DNA of 64,000 nucleotides from NCBI RefSeq assembly GCF_054482595.1, contig NZ_CM137008.1; one strand, 5' to 3'. Shown piece by piece: positions 53,108 to 62,441 of this stretch (position 1 is its first letter; each line of letters starts with the position of its first letter). The notes under the pieces were generated by a model. It saw only the letters and a program-made list of their open reading frames with translations, ran no database searches and was not told where the DNA came from. The position numbers and the translations under genes were made by a program.

Positions 53108-53716
53108 TAATTACACTGTGGGTTGACGCCGGAAGAATCAGAGAACAGATACCGTTCTTACTGTAAAACGTGGCTAATATTAATTGAGCACTGCAGTGTT
53201 CAGAGCACAAAGAAGAAAAAAGATGTGTGCGAATGCCTGTAATGTGTTAAAAGAATGTTCCGCGTTTCCGGTACGCTTTTCGTAACTAACAATGCAGGGT
53301 GACGTAACGCTGGTTGTGCCGGAAACGCGTCCCTCCCCCTATTTTTCCTGTTTGGATTTGCCCCTATATTTCTGGATTATCCGACAAAACCGGCGTGAAG
53401 TATTACTCTCGTCGCCCAGCACCATAAGGATAACGCCCATAAAATCATGAAACTTTTCTTCCAGATTGGATACAATCAGGCCGAAACGGTGATGAATATT
53501 ATCCAAATCTGATGGTTCGTAGCGTTTTCAGCCCCCAGATTCTGAGTTGCCTGTAGGGATGATTTCAATTCCCGATTTGTCTATCACATAGAGAAAAAGA
53601 ATTTCATTTCTGTTCACCAGAACCCATGTAACCCACTCCAATTCGTCATTTATCTCACTGATTGCCCTTCATTTATCTCATTGATGCACCGAAAGGTAAA
53701 ACTGCCATCCGGTGCA

Positions 53717-54298
53717 TCACGCTCGATGCATCAAATCCTGATAAATCCCCGTCAGTATTCCTTGTAAGCTAAATTCTCTTTTTATCCACTGAGTGACTTG
53801 ACCGCTTGCCGAATGCCTGGTTGCCAACAGCATTCGTGAATCCTGACGTGGGTTGTGGATCTGCCGTGTCACCAGCAATGACTTTTCCATCGCTTCACGC
53901 ACCATATAGTCTGGCAGAAAACCGATTCCCTCCCCCAGGATCTGGCACTGAAGCTTAGTATTAAAGTCGGGAACCAGAATCGACTCTTGCCCGTGTAACA
54001 GCCAGCCGACTTTTTTGTTAATAGTGTTTGCAGTGTCTTCCACCATGATGTTCGGGTACAGACGTAACTGACTCTCAGAAATGGGCTCAGGAATAAACGC
54101 CAGCGGATGAGCCGGAGAAATCGCGAACAACCAACGAATCATGCCGATTTCAATGTAATCAATTCCACCACCGTCCAGTAACGTATCGGGCGCGCCAATG
54201 GCGATATCAGCCTGGTTATTAATGAGTGAATCCCAGACGCCATTATACACCTCTGTAGTAATAGCTATCTGGCAGGTTGGAAAGTGTTCCCTGAGCAC
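53717..54298 (-). pseudogene. LysR-family regulator, substrate-binding domain only (HTH removed at the IS3 junction)
   Basis: 193-aa ORF; the N-terminal ~90-100 aa expected for a LysR HTH are absent and IS3 begins ~30 bp upstream. Confidence 0.55.
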
Positions 54299-54381
54299 TT
54301 GCAGAAGCCGAGCTGTATGCTGAGGGGTGAACCGCCCCGGGAATCCTGGAGACTAAACTCCCTGAGAAAGAGGTAAACAGA

Positions 54382-54708
54382 ATGACTAAAAATACTCGTT
54401 TTTCCCCCGAAGTCCGTCAGAGGGCGATTCGTATGGTTCTGGAAAGTCAGGGCGAATATGACTCACAGTGGGCGGCAATTTGTTCCATTGCCCCAAAGAT
54501 TGGTTGTACACCGGAGACTCTGCGTGTCTGGGTACGCCAGCATGAGCGGGATACCGGAGGCGGTGATGGCGGGCTCACCACCGCTGAACGTCAGCGTCTG
54601 AAAGAGCTGGAACGTGAAAATCGTGAACTGCGCCGCAGTAACGATATCCTTCGCCAGGCTTCCGCTTATTTTGCGAAGGCGGAGTTCGACCGCCTCTGGA
54701 AAAAGTGA
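54382..54708 (+). CDS. insE: IS3 OrfA (InsE-like)
   Basis: 108-aa HTH / leucine-zipper protein. Confidence 0.85.
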   Translation: MTKNTRFSPEVRQRAIRMVLESQGEYDSQWAAICSIAPKIGCTPETLRVWVRQHERDTGGGDGGLTTAERQRLKELERENRELRRSNDILRQASAYFAKAEFDRLWKK

Positions 54709-55595
54709 TGCCACTGCTGGATAAGCTGCGTAAGCTGTACGGGGTCGGACCGGTATGCAGTGAACTACATATTGCCCCGTCAACGTATTACCACTGTCAG
54801 CAACAGCGACATCATCCTGATAAACGCAGTGCCCGTGCGCAGCGCGATGACTGGCTGAAGAAAGAGATACTGCGCGTATACGATGGGAATCATCAGGTAT
54901 ACGGTGTGCGTAAAGTCTGGCGTCAGTTGTTACGGGAAGGAATCAGGGTAGCCAGATGTACAGTGGCGCGCCTCATGGCGGTTATGGGACTTGCCGGTGT
55001 TCTCCGGGGTAAAAAGGTCCGCACTACCGTCAGCCGGAAAGCCGTTGCCGCAGGCGACCGCGTAAACCGTCAGTTTGTGGCAGAACGTCCTGACCAGTTG
55101 TGGGTGGCTGATTTTACTTACGTCAGCACATGGCAGGGGGGCGTCTATGTGGCGTTCATCATTGATGTGTTTGCCGGATACATCGTGGGGTGGCGGGTCT
55201 CATCGTCTATGGAAACGACATTCGTGCTGGATGCTCTGGAGCAGGCGTTATGGGCCCGTCGACCGTCCGGCACAGTCCATCACAGTGATAAAGGTTCTCA
55301 GTATGTATCGCTGGCCTACACACAGCGGCTTAAGGAAGCCGGATTACTGGCATCAACAGGAAGTACTGGTGACTCGTATGACAACGCGATGGCGGAGAGC
55401 ATCAATGGCCTTTACAAAGCGGAGGTAATACACCGTAAGAGCTGGAAAAACCGGACAGAAGTGGAGCTGGCCACACTCACGTGGGTGGACTGGTCTAACA
55501 ATCGACGATTGCTGGAAAGGCTGGGCCATATCCCACCGGCAGAAGCAGAAAAAGCTTATTATGCTTCCATCGGAAACGATGATCTGGCAGCCTGA
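54705..55595 (+). CDS. insF: IS3 OrfB (InsF-like, DDE)
   Basis: 296 aa; ...[13 protein letters not shown]...[15 protein letters not shown]... Confidence 0.85.
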   Translation: MMPLLDKLRKLYGVGPVCSELHIAPSTYYHCQQQRHHPDKRSARAQRDDWLKKEILRVYDGNHQVYGVRKVWRQLLREGIRVARCTVARLMAVMGLAGVLRGKKVRTTVSRKAVAAGDRVNRQFVAERPDQLWVADFTYVSTWQGGVYVAFIIDVFAGYIVGWRVSSSMETTFVLDALEQALWARRPSGTVHHSDKGSQYVSLAYTQRLKEAGLLASTGSTGDSYDNAMAESINGLYKAEVIHRKSWKNRTEVELATLTWVDWSNNRRLLERLGHIPPAEAEKAYYASIGNDDLAA

Positions 55596-55907
55596 GTTCA
55601 CAGATAAAACACTCTCCAGGAAACCCGGGGCGGTTCAGTCTGATGCTTTACGAGCAGTTTGGGGATTTGAAATTCAAATACAGGAACAGGGAGTTCTGGT
55701 GCAGAGGGTACTACGTCGGTACGGTGGGTAATAACACGGCGAAAATACAGGATTACATAAAGTACTAGCTTGAAGAGGATAAAATGGGAGAGCAGTTATC
55801 GATTCCCTATCCGGACAGCCCGTTTACGGGCCGTAAGTAACGAAGTTGGATGCAAATGTCAGATCGTGTGCGCCTGTTAGGGCGTGGCTGGTAAGAGAGC
55901 CTTATAG

Positions 55908-55941
55908 GCGCATTTGAAAAACCTCCGGCATAGCCGGAGGA
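55908..55941 (-). terminator. Rho-independent terminator
   Basis: CCTCCGG-CATAG-CCGGAGG hairpin followed on the minus strand by TTTTTCAAAT; downstream of the small lipoprotein ORF and the second autotransporter gene. Confidence 0.55.
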
Positions 55942-56004
55942 TATTTATTTGCGGAGCACGTTGATGAAGGTGCTCCGAAAGGTAAGTGTTAACATGGATT
56001 TTGC

Positions 56005-56151
56005 GTATTAATCATCAAAGATTGGGCTGTCAGCATCATCAATGTTACATGTATCACAGTTTTGTTGAGATAATTCTGGACGTTTAAAATTTTGAGCTGA
56101 TTCACATGCATTTAGCATTATTACCATGAGAAACAGCATGATATATTTCAT
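56005..56151 (-). CDS. small putative lipoprotein (48 aa)
   Basis: ATG 56151 with GGAG 7 bp upstream; MKYIMLFLMVIMLNACESAQNF... (signal peptide plus lipobox-like LNAC); below the ORF-track size cut-off. Confidence 0.35.
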
Positions 56152-56186
56152 CGCCACTCCTTAAATTATTTAATAATGGCCAATAG

Positions 56187-58874
56187 TTACCAGTATAAAC
56201 TGACCCCTGTTGTTCCCTGCCAGGTCTTTTCGGATCGTTCACTAAGACCGTTTTGATAATCAACCTTGATATAATAATTTGTATAATCATTCAGCTTTAC
56301 GGTCACGCCGCCGCTTATTTTTGCAGCAGAACCATTATAGGATGTAAGTAATGAATCCTGGTATCCCGTACTGCCTACGGTAACATTATTTCTGTCTCTG
56401 GCGGTCAGTTGATTATTCAGCTCTGCATCAAGGAAGGGGGACCACTGGACCCCGGATATCGTCATAGTATTCCAGTACAAACGAGCTCCAGCGGAGGCGG
56501 TTAACTGATTATCCAGATCGTTATTAACGTTTAAATCATCATAACGATAGTCATCTAATTTAACTTTCTGCCAGGATACAGAAATTCGTGGCACCAGTGT
56601 CAGCGCCTCATTTAGTACTCGCGGATAGCCCGCTTCAAAAGCCAGAATCTGCCCACGACCATGAATATCAGGTTTACGTGTACTGTTATTCGATTCTACC
56701 TGTCCAGAATACCGGGCTAGTTGTAAAGTGGTGTTTGTGTACCAGCCCTGGGTTGCTGTATAACGCCAGTATAAACCTGTAGCGTAAGTATTGAGCTGGT
56801 AGCTTCCAAGCTGGGCATTCGAGGTGTAAATGGTTTTGCCCGATACATTAGCATTACTGTCGAGATAACCCACATAAACACCCAGTTTATGACTGCTGTC
56901 TTCATCAGCAGGCCATAAATCAGCCCCAATTTGGATACCTTTTACGTGGCCATTCCATGCCGCATTTGTGGCTCCGTCACCTTGATTTTCCTGTTGTCCG
57001 TAAAGGGTACGTACCCAAATCCCTTGGCCATTTTGGGCCATTCCACTGGGTTCCGGAACGAGTCTGTCAGCAAACTGTGGTATTAGCGCCAGTCCAGCCT
57101 GACGGGTAATATCTCCCAATGCGCTGCTGACGACAGCATCTGCACGCATCGCGCCACGCTGTAGAAAAGAATCATATTGGTAACTTTGCCCGGCAAACAC
57201 ACCATAATCATACAAACCGGTAGTCAGAATGGCATCCTGAGCACTACTATTTTTGATTACCGCATTGGTATCATTACCACTGATACTACCAATGGTTAGG
57301 GAGTGTCCGTTAACATCCAGTATACTGCCTGTTGTAGTGTCATACGTTTTTGAAAAAACGATATGGTCAGTATAATTCAAAGCATTATCCGCGTTTATAT
57401 TGACACTGGCATTTCCTTCTAGTTTCAATGTTGTATTATATAACGAGTTTTCATGATTCAGATTTATCAGTGAATTCCCTTTAAAACGCTGCTCGCCACC
57501 ATTAATGGCATCTGCAGTATTAATGTTTAATGTCGAATTACCATCAAATAATAAATTTCCGCCATCCACACCATGCTGTGCTGAAATGTTCATGACAGCA
57601 TCGTCTTTAAATGTAGTAGATGTGCCACCAGTAACTGCCTGGCTGATATTGGCGTTAAATATAGCATTGTTACTAAATATTTGTTTGCTGTTACCGGAAA
57701 TCGCCCCTTTACTGTTGCCATTCAGGATGCTGTTTCCACTAAAATTCTGTCTGCCTCCAGACAGGGTATCTTCGCCATTGGCATTTAATATACTATTATC
57801 GTTAAAATTTTGTATCCCCCCGGTAATTGTTGATTTACCGTTAGCATTAAATACTGCATTATCCTGTAATTTTATTTGTCCTCCAATAATAGCCTGATCT
57901 GCTTCTGTATTCAGGACTGAGCTTTTTGCCAGGATCTGATATCCACCACTTATACCTTGACTGGCATTGACATTTAATGTTGCATCGTTAAATGTTTGAT
58001 TGCCACCACTGAGTGCCGTGGCTGCATTCACATTCATTGTCGTACCAGATTGAAATATCTGTTTATTCGTATTATTCGTTTCTCCCGCGATAGCATTAGC
58101 GGTATCCGCATTTAATACTGAACTCCCAGTGAACAGTAACGTGCCTCCAGTGACACTACCGTTTCCAGTCACATTGACCTCGCTGGAATCCTGAATGTTT
58201 AACTGCCCACCAGACATTCCCCCCGTGGCATTGATATTAACCGTTGACGTTCCTTTAACACTGCCAACTTTACCAGAGGACATCGTATTTTTACTAAAGG
58301 CATCGGATGCGTTTAAATTAAGTGTCGCATCTGTGAATGTCAGTCCCGTGCTGTTAAATACGCCATCGGCTGCATTGATGTTTAGTGTTGTTCCAGCATT
58401 GAATATCTGACTACCGCCATTAATTGCTTTTTCAGTATTGGCATTGACTACGCCATTACTACCAGCGAGAGCAGTTAACTTGGCATTGTTTATACCAGAA
58501 CTGGCATTGATATCGATTTCAACTTTCCCTGGTGTACTTCCGCCTCTTAGCGTGTATGTACCGCCATTTAATCCTGACTCGGCGTTGACTTTTACATGCG
58601 TATTCTCTCTGAACTCATAGGTACCTTTGTTATTATTAAAGGCCTGGCTGGCAGAAACAGTAAGATCTGTATTCCCTAAAAAATAAACAGGAGATTTATC
58701 GATATATCCAGCAGTATTGGCATCTATTGTTTTATTAGTGCAATAAGATGATCCCGAACAATCAGAAGAAATAGCCGCATTCACTGAGCTGGAAATAAAA
58801 GATAATGAAAACACCGCCAATAGCAGGGAAGAACCATATCCAGCAGAGCGATGACAGAAAATTATTTTATCCAT
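56187..58874 (-). CDS. autotransporter (type Va) with PATR-like beta-strand repeats
   Basis: 895 aa; signal peptide; many repeats of the form N-x-N/A...GG-x-Q-x-F...; C-terminal barrel ending ...GVSLYW. Confidence 0.8.
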   Translation of the reverse strand: MDKIIFCHRSAGYGSSLLLAVFSLSFISSSVNAAISSDCSGSSYCTNKTIDANTAGYIDKSPVYFLGNTDLTVSASQAFNNNKGTYEFRENTHVKVNAESGLNGGTYTLRGGSTPGKVEIDINASSGINNAKLTALAGSNGVVNANTEKAINGGSQIFNAGTTLNINAADGVFNSTGLTFTDATLNLNASDAFSKNTMSSGKVGSVKGTSTVNINATGGMSGGQLNIQDSSEVNVTGNGSVTGGTLLFTGSSVLNADTANAIAGETNNTNKQIFQSGTTMNVNAATALSGGNQTFNDATLNVNASQGISGGYQILAKSSVLNTEADQAIIGGQIKLQDNAVFNANGKSTITGGIQNFNDNSILNANGEDTLSGGRQNFSGNSILNGNSKGAISGNSKQIFSNNAIFNANISQAVTGGTSTTFKDDAVMNISAQHGVDGGNLLFDGNSTLNINTADAINGGEQRFKGNSLINLNHENSLYNTTLKLEGNASVNINADNALNYTDHIVFSKTYDTTTGSILDVNGHSLTIGSISGNDTNAVIKNSSAQDAILTTGLYDYGVFAGQSYQYDSFLQRGAMRADAVVSSALGDITRQAGLALIPQFADRLVPEPSGMAQNGQGIWVRTLYGQQENQGDGATNAAWNGHVKGIQIGADLWPADEDSSHKLGVYVGYLDSNANVSGKTIYTSNAQLGSYQLNTYATGLYWRYTATQGWYTNTTLQLARYSGQVESNNSTRKPDIHGRGQILAFEAGYPRVLNEALTLVPRISVSWQKVKLDDYRYDDLNVNNDLDNQLTASAGARLYWNTMTISGVQWSPFLDAELNNQLTARDRNNVTVGSTGYQDSLLTSYNGSAAKISGGVTVKLNDYTNYYIKVDYQNGLSERSEKTWQGTTGVSLYW

Positions 58875-59092
58875 GGCTGCATCCTATTTATTTTTAGATA
58901 ATTCAAAAGAATAACTACTGCCGCGCGTAATGCACCTGCGCCAAACGCCAGTTCTCTGATGGCGATATCCTGTATCAGGTCGTCAGGTATCTCAACTTTA
59001 AGCGGTTGGGGTTTTTCCCGGTTGAATAACTCAGGCCAGAGTTCCACAAGACGATTAATACGCTTACGGTTTTTACGCTGGCGTTTTGTCAT
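58862..59092 (-). pseudogene. ProQ/FinO-domain protein gene, second copy, 3'-truncated
   Basis: MTKRQRKNRKRINRLVELWPELFNREKPQPLKVEIPDDLIQDIAIRELAFGAG... then diverges where the autotransporter module begins; shares ~180 bp with 21890-22066. Confidence 0.5.
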
Positions 59093-59724
59093 ATGCCGCC
59101 ACGGTGTTTTTTCAGCAGAGCAGGGCTCTGTTTATCGTTCAACTGTGGTATCCGTTCCCTGGCCTTCACGTTGTGTGCAGTGTTCGTTTTATCCTGCAGC
59201 GGCGTTGCCGGTGACTTACTGAAAATACCCTGCGGTTTACGGTTAATGGTCAGCGTTACCATCAGTATTGTTACCTCGTGCTGTCAATGGAAGTGGTACC
59301 TCATCCGGTATCTGAAAATGTTTTCCGGTGGATGGCACAGCGAATGTCATGTAAGACATGCTGTTGCCGGTATTGTTCAGTGCTGTGCGTAGTGAGCGTA
59401 TTCGTTATCAGACTGTACTGGTTGTGAACGATATGACTATGGTGACCGCTACAGTCGGACCAGCCGTACCAATACATACAGCCATGTGCCCTCTGATGCT
59501 GAAAGCCTAAATGATGGTAATGACGACATGCGTATGATAAAATATTACTTGACAAATGATAATGAACACCACTTGCAACAACCAGCAAGACCATTGAATA
59601 GAGCTAATTGGCGAGTACATCTGTAGATAGTACACAATTCATTACGTAAAATGCTGTAATTTCTATCTAGGGTTACGTAAAATATCACGTAACTTAATTC
59701 ATTAAATATTTTACGGATTACAGC

Positions 59725-60810
59725 ATGGCTAGTGTTGATGCAGACTACTGCTACTCGTTTCCGGCTATACGTGGCATTCAGGCAGGCCGCCCCTTCTACA
59801 TTGCCACATGTCCGATGCGTATCATCCCCAAAATTTTTAGCTTTGATGAAAATGATGTTCCTCCGGAGTTGCGCGCGCAACGCACCCTCAATAAATCTCG
59901 CATCCCTGAAATGGTTCGTTATCTTCTTGAAAATCCTAAAGATTATGTATTTTCTGCACTAACAGCATCCATTGCCGTTGACGTCCAGTTTGATGAGTTT
60001 CCCGGCACGAATAATCTAGGGACGTTATGTGTACCAATGGACGCGCAAATCTTGATCAACGACGGTCAGCATCGTCGTAAAGCGATTGAAGACGCTTTAG
60101 ACGCTCGCCCGGAGCTGGGGCAGGATAACATACCTGTGCTGTTTTTTGTCGATGAAGGATTAAAACGCAGCCAACAGATGTTTGCCGATCTGAATAAATA
60201 TGCTATTCGCCCCAGTCCGTCGTTGGCATCGTTGTATGATCATCGGGATGCCAGTTCAAATTTGGCGCGTTATCTGGCAATGTCCGTAGAGCCGTTTGTC
60301 GGAATGACTGAGCTGGAAAAATCCAATATCAGTCAGCGGTCAAATAAATTATTTACGTTAAGCAGCATCAAGCAAGCTACCCGTGCGTTGCTGGGAAAAG
60401 ATCCGAAAAAGAGCGATTTTGAAGAATGTACCCAGATAGCAACTCGCTATTGGCAAGCTATTTATAATGTAATGCCGGACTGGCAATTAGCCGCAAAAAA
60501 GGAAGTTTCACCGGTTCAACTACGTCAGGACTATGTTCACGCTCACGGTATTGGTTTGCAGGCACTCGGACAACTAGGGTATACACTGCTGACAAATTAC
60601 CCAGAGCAGTGGCCTGATAAAATTGCTGCACTCAAAGTGTTTAACTGGCGCAGAAATAATCCGGATCTTATCAAACGTGCGATGCAGCATGGAAAGTTGA
60701 GCAAAACCAGTACGGCAATCCAACTCACCTGCAATGCGCTAAAAAACGCACTCTCAATTCCGCTTACTCCTGAAGAACAGGAGCTTGAAGCCCAAATGGT
60801 TGTCTCATGA
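59725..60810 (+). CDS. dndB: DndB (DGQHR-domain regulator of DNA phosphorothioation)
   Basis: 361 aa containing the INDGQHRRKAIE (DGQHR) motif. Confidence 0.9.
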   Translation: MASVDADYCYSFPAIRGIQAGRPFYIATCPMRIIPKIFSFDENDVPPELRAQRTLNKSRIPEMVRYLLENPKDYVFSALTASIAVDVQFDEFPGTNNLGTLCVPMDAQILINDGQHRRKAIEDALDARPELGQDNIPVLFFVDEGLKRSQQMFADLNKYAIRPSPSLASLYDHRDASSNLARYLAMSVEPFVGMTELEKSNISQRSNKLFTLSSIKQATRALLGKDPKKSDFEECTQIATRYWQAIYNVMPDWQLAAKKEVSPVQLRQDYVHAHGIGLQALGQLGYTLLTNYPEQWPDKIAALKVFNWRRNNPDLIKRAMQHGKLSKTSTAIQLTCNALKNALSIPLTPEEQELEAQMVVS

Positions 60811-62441
60811 GTAAATTAGTTCAGGCCTACGATTTGGCCGAATACACAGATTTTATTAATCAGGAGCAGTTTTCTGGACGCCCTCTGGCCGAATATATTT
60901 CTGAAGTTCAGAGAATTTATTGTGCGGATAAGCGTCCGTGGGTAATTGGCTATAGCGGTGGAAAAGATTCTTCCGCCGTGATCACGCTGGTGTATCTGGC
61001 CCTGCTTGGCCTGCCCCCGGAAATGCGCAACAAAGATGTTTTTGTAGTGTCATCCGATACGCTGGTGGAAACACCAGTGGTAGTAGATTTAATTAAGAAA
61101 ACGATGTTGCAAATTGAGGCAGGCGCAAAGCGTAATGGCCTGCCGATCACTCAACATGCGGTAACGCCTAAAACTAATGAAACCTTCTGGGTCAATTTAC
61201 TGGGGAAAGGTTATCCGGCCCCAACCCGCAGTTTTCGCTGGTGTACCGAACGCATGAAAATCAATCCGGTGAGTGACTTTATTAAAGAAAAGGTCAGCCA
61301 GTTTGATGAAGTAATTGTTGTCCTAGGTTCACGTAGTAGTGAGAGTGCCTCTCGTGCGCAGGTCATCGCAAAGCACAAAATTGATGGCTCACGCTTGGCC
61401 CGGCATACCACACTGGCAAATGCGTTTATCTATACCCCTATTGATACCTGGGATGTAGAAGACGTCTGGAAACTGCTGCGCGGCGCGTTCCGCTATGCTC
61501 CTGAATATATCGACGAATGGGAAAGCCCATGGGGTGGAAACAATCGTCCTCTATGGACGCTGTATATGGACTCTTCCGCACAGGGTGAGTGTCCCTTAGT
61601 GATAGACGAAAGTACCCCCTCTTGTGGGAACTCTCGCTTTGGATGCTGGACCTGTACCGTAGTAACCAAAGATAAAGCGATGGAAAGTCTGATCAAAAAT
61701 GGCGAAGAGTGGATGTCGCCATTGCTGAAATATCGTGATCTGCTGGCGTTTACCACCGATCCGGTGAATAAAGACACCTATCGCAACTATAAACGTCGTA
61801 CCGGTAAGGTGAGCTATCAGTACGCTAAAGACGGTGAAGATCGCAGTGCAGAGCGTAAGCATGTGCCAGGCCCCTACTGGCTCAAATATCGCCAGCAATG
61901 GTTAAAAGACTTACTGGAAATTGAGCGTGATTTAAACGCCCAGGGCCACAGGATTACGTTAATCACCGAGTCGGAACTGCACGCTATCCGCCAAGAATGG
62001 TTGAAGGATCCTAATGAACCAGACTGGTACGACACACTACCAGGTATCTACCGTGAGGTGTACCAGCGGGATCTGGATTGGGTCGTTGACGACCAATCAC
62101 GTTTTGACGCCAGCGATGCCGATTTGCTGGTGCAGATAGCTCAGGGGTTTGATGTTGTGCCAGAGATGGTGATGAAATTGATTGAGCTGGAAGTTTCAAT
62201 GGAAGGATTAAGTCGCCGTCAGGGGATTTTTGACAAACTTGGCACCATTTTAAAACAGGATTGGGGCAGTCTCGAAGAGATTCAACAACAGCAGGCAGCG
62301 CTACAAAAACGTAACGACCGGGATATTCACCAGGAAGAAATCACCAGGCTGGAAGCTGAACTTCAGGTTTTACAACGCAGAATTGTCGATGCCAGCGAAT
62401 CCTCTGTATTGGTCGGCGAGGAAAACGAACGTGCTCATTAA
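60807..62441 (+). CDS. dndC: DndC (PAPS-reductase-like ATP pyrophosphatase)
   Basis: 544 aa; P-loop-like GYSGGKDSS; start overlaps dndB stop (ATGA). Confidence 0.9.
   Translation: MSKLVQAYDLAEYTDFINQEQFSGRPLAEYISEVQRIYCADKRPWVIGYSGGKDSSAVITLVYLALLGLPPEMRNKDVFVVSSDTLVETPVVVDLIKKTMLQIEAGAKRNGLPITQHAVTPKTNETFWVNLLGKGYPAPTRSFRWCTERMKINPVSDFIKEKVSQFDEVIVVLGSRSSESASRAQVIAKHKIDGSRLARHTTLANAFIYTPIDTWDVEDVWKLLRGAFRYAPEYIDEWESPWGGNNRPLWTLYMDSSAQGECPLVIDESTPSCGNSRFGCWTCTVVTKDKAMESLIKNGEEWMSPLLKYRDLLAFTTDPVNKDTYRNYKRRTGKVSYQYAKDGEDRSAERKHVPGPYWLKYRQQWLKDLLEIERDLNAQGHRITLITESELHAIRQEWLKDPNEPDWYDTLPGIYREVYQRDLDWVVDDQSRFDASDADLLVQIAQGFDVVPEMVMKLIELEVSMEGLSRRQGIFDKLGTILKQDWGSLEEIQQQQAALQKRNDRDIHQEEITRLEAELQVLQRRIVDASESSVLVGEENERAH

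Larger units (their letters stand above)
54328..55637 (+). mobile_element. IS3
   Basis: Ends TGAACCGCCCCGGG... / ...CCCGGGGCGGTTCA; orfA 54382-54708 ([30 protein letters not shown]...) and orfB 54705-55595 with the -1 frameshift overlap. Exact termini uncertain to a few bp. Confidence 0.85.

Noticed and set aside
53341-53370. IS2-like terminal repeat (TGGATTTGCCCCTATATTTC) without an adjacent transposase
   Set aside because: Only ~20 bp match the IS2 end before the sequence diverges; at most a solo IR scar, too short to call an element.
55640-55905. Structured-looking non-coding stretch after IS3 (GTGCGCC..., several short hairpins) that could be a group II intron or retron fragment
   Set aside because: I could not identify the defining domain V / msr-msd features by eye, and there is no reverse-transcriptase ORF nearby; left unannotated.
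59301-59594. 97-aa His/Tyr-rich minus-strand ORF upstream of dndB
   Set aside because: Highly biased composition, no RBS, and it overlaps the probable dndB promoter/operator region; judged non-coding.
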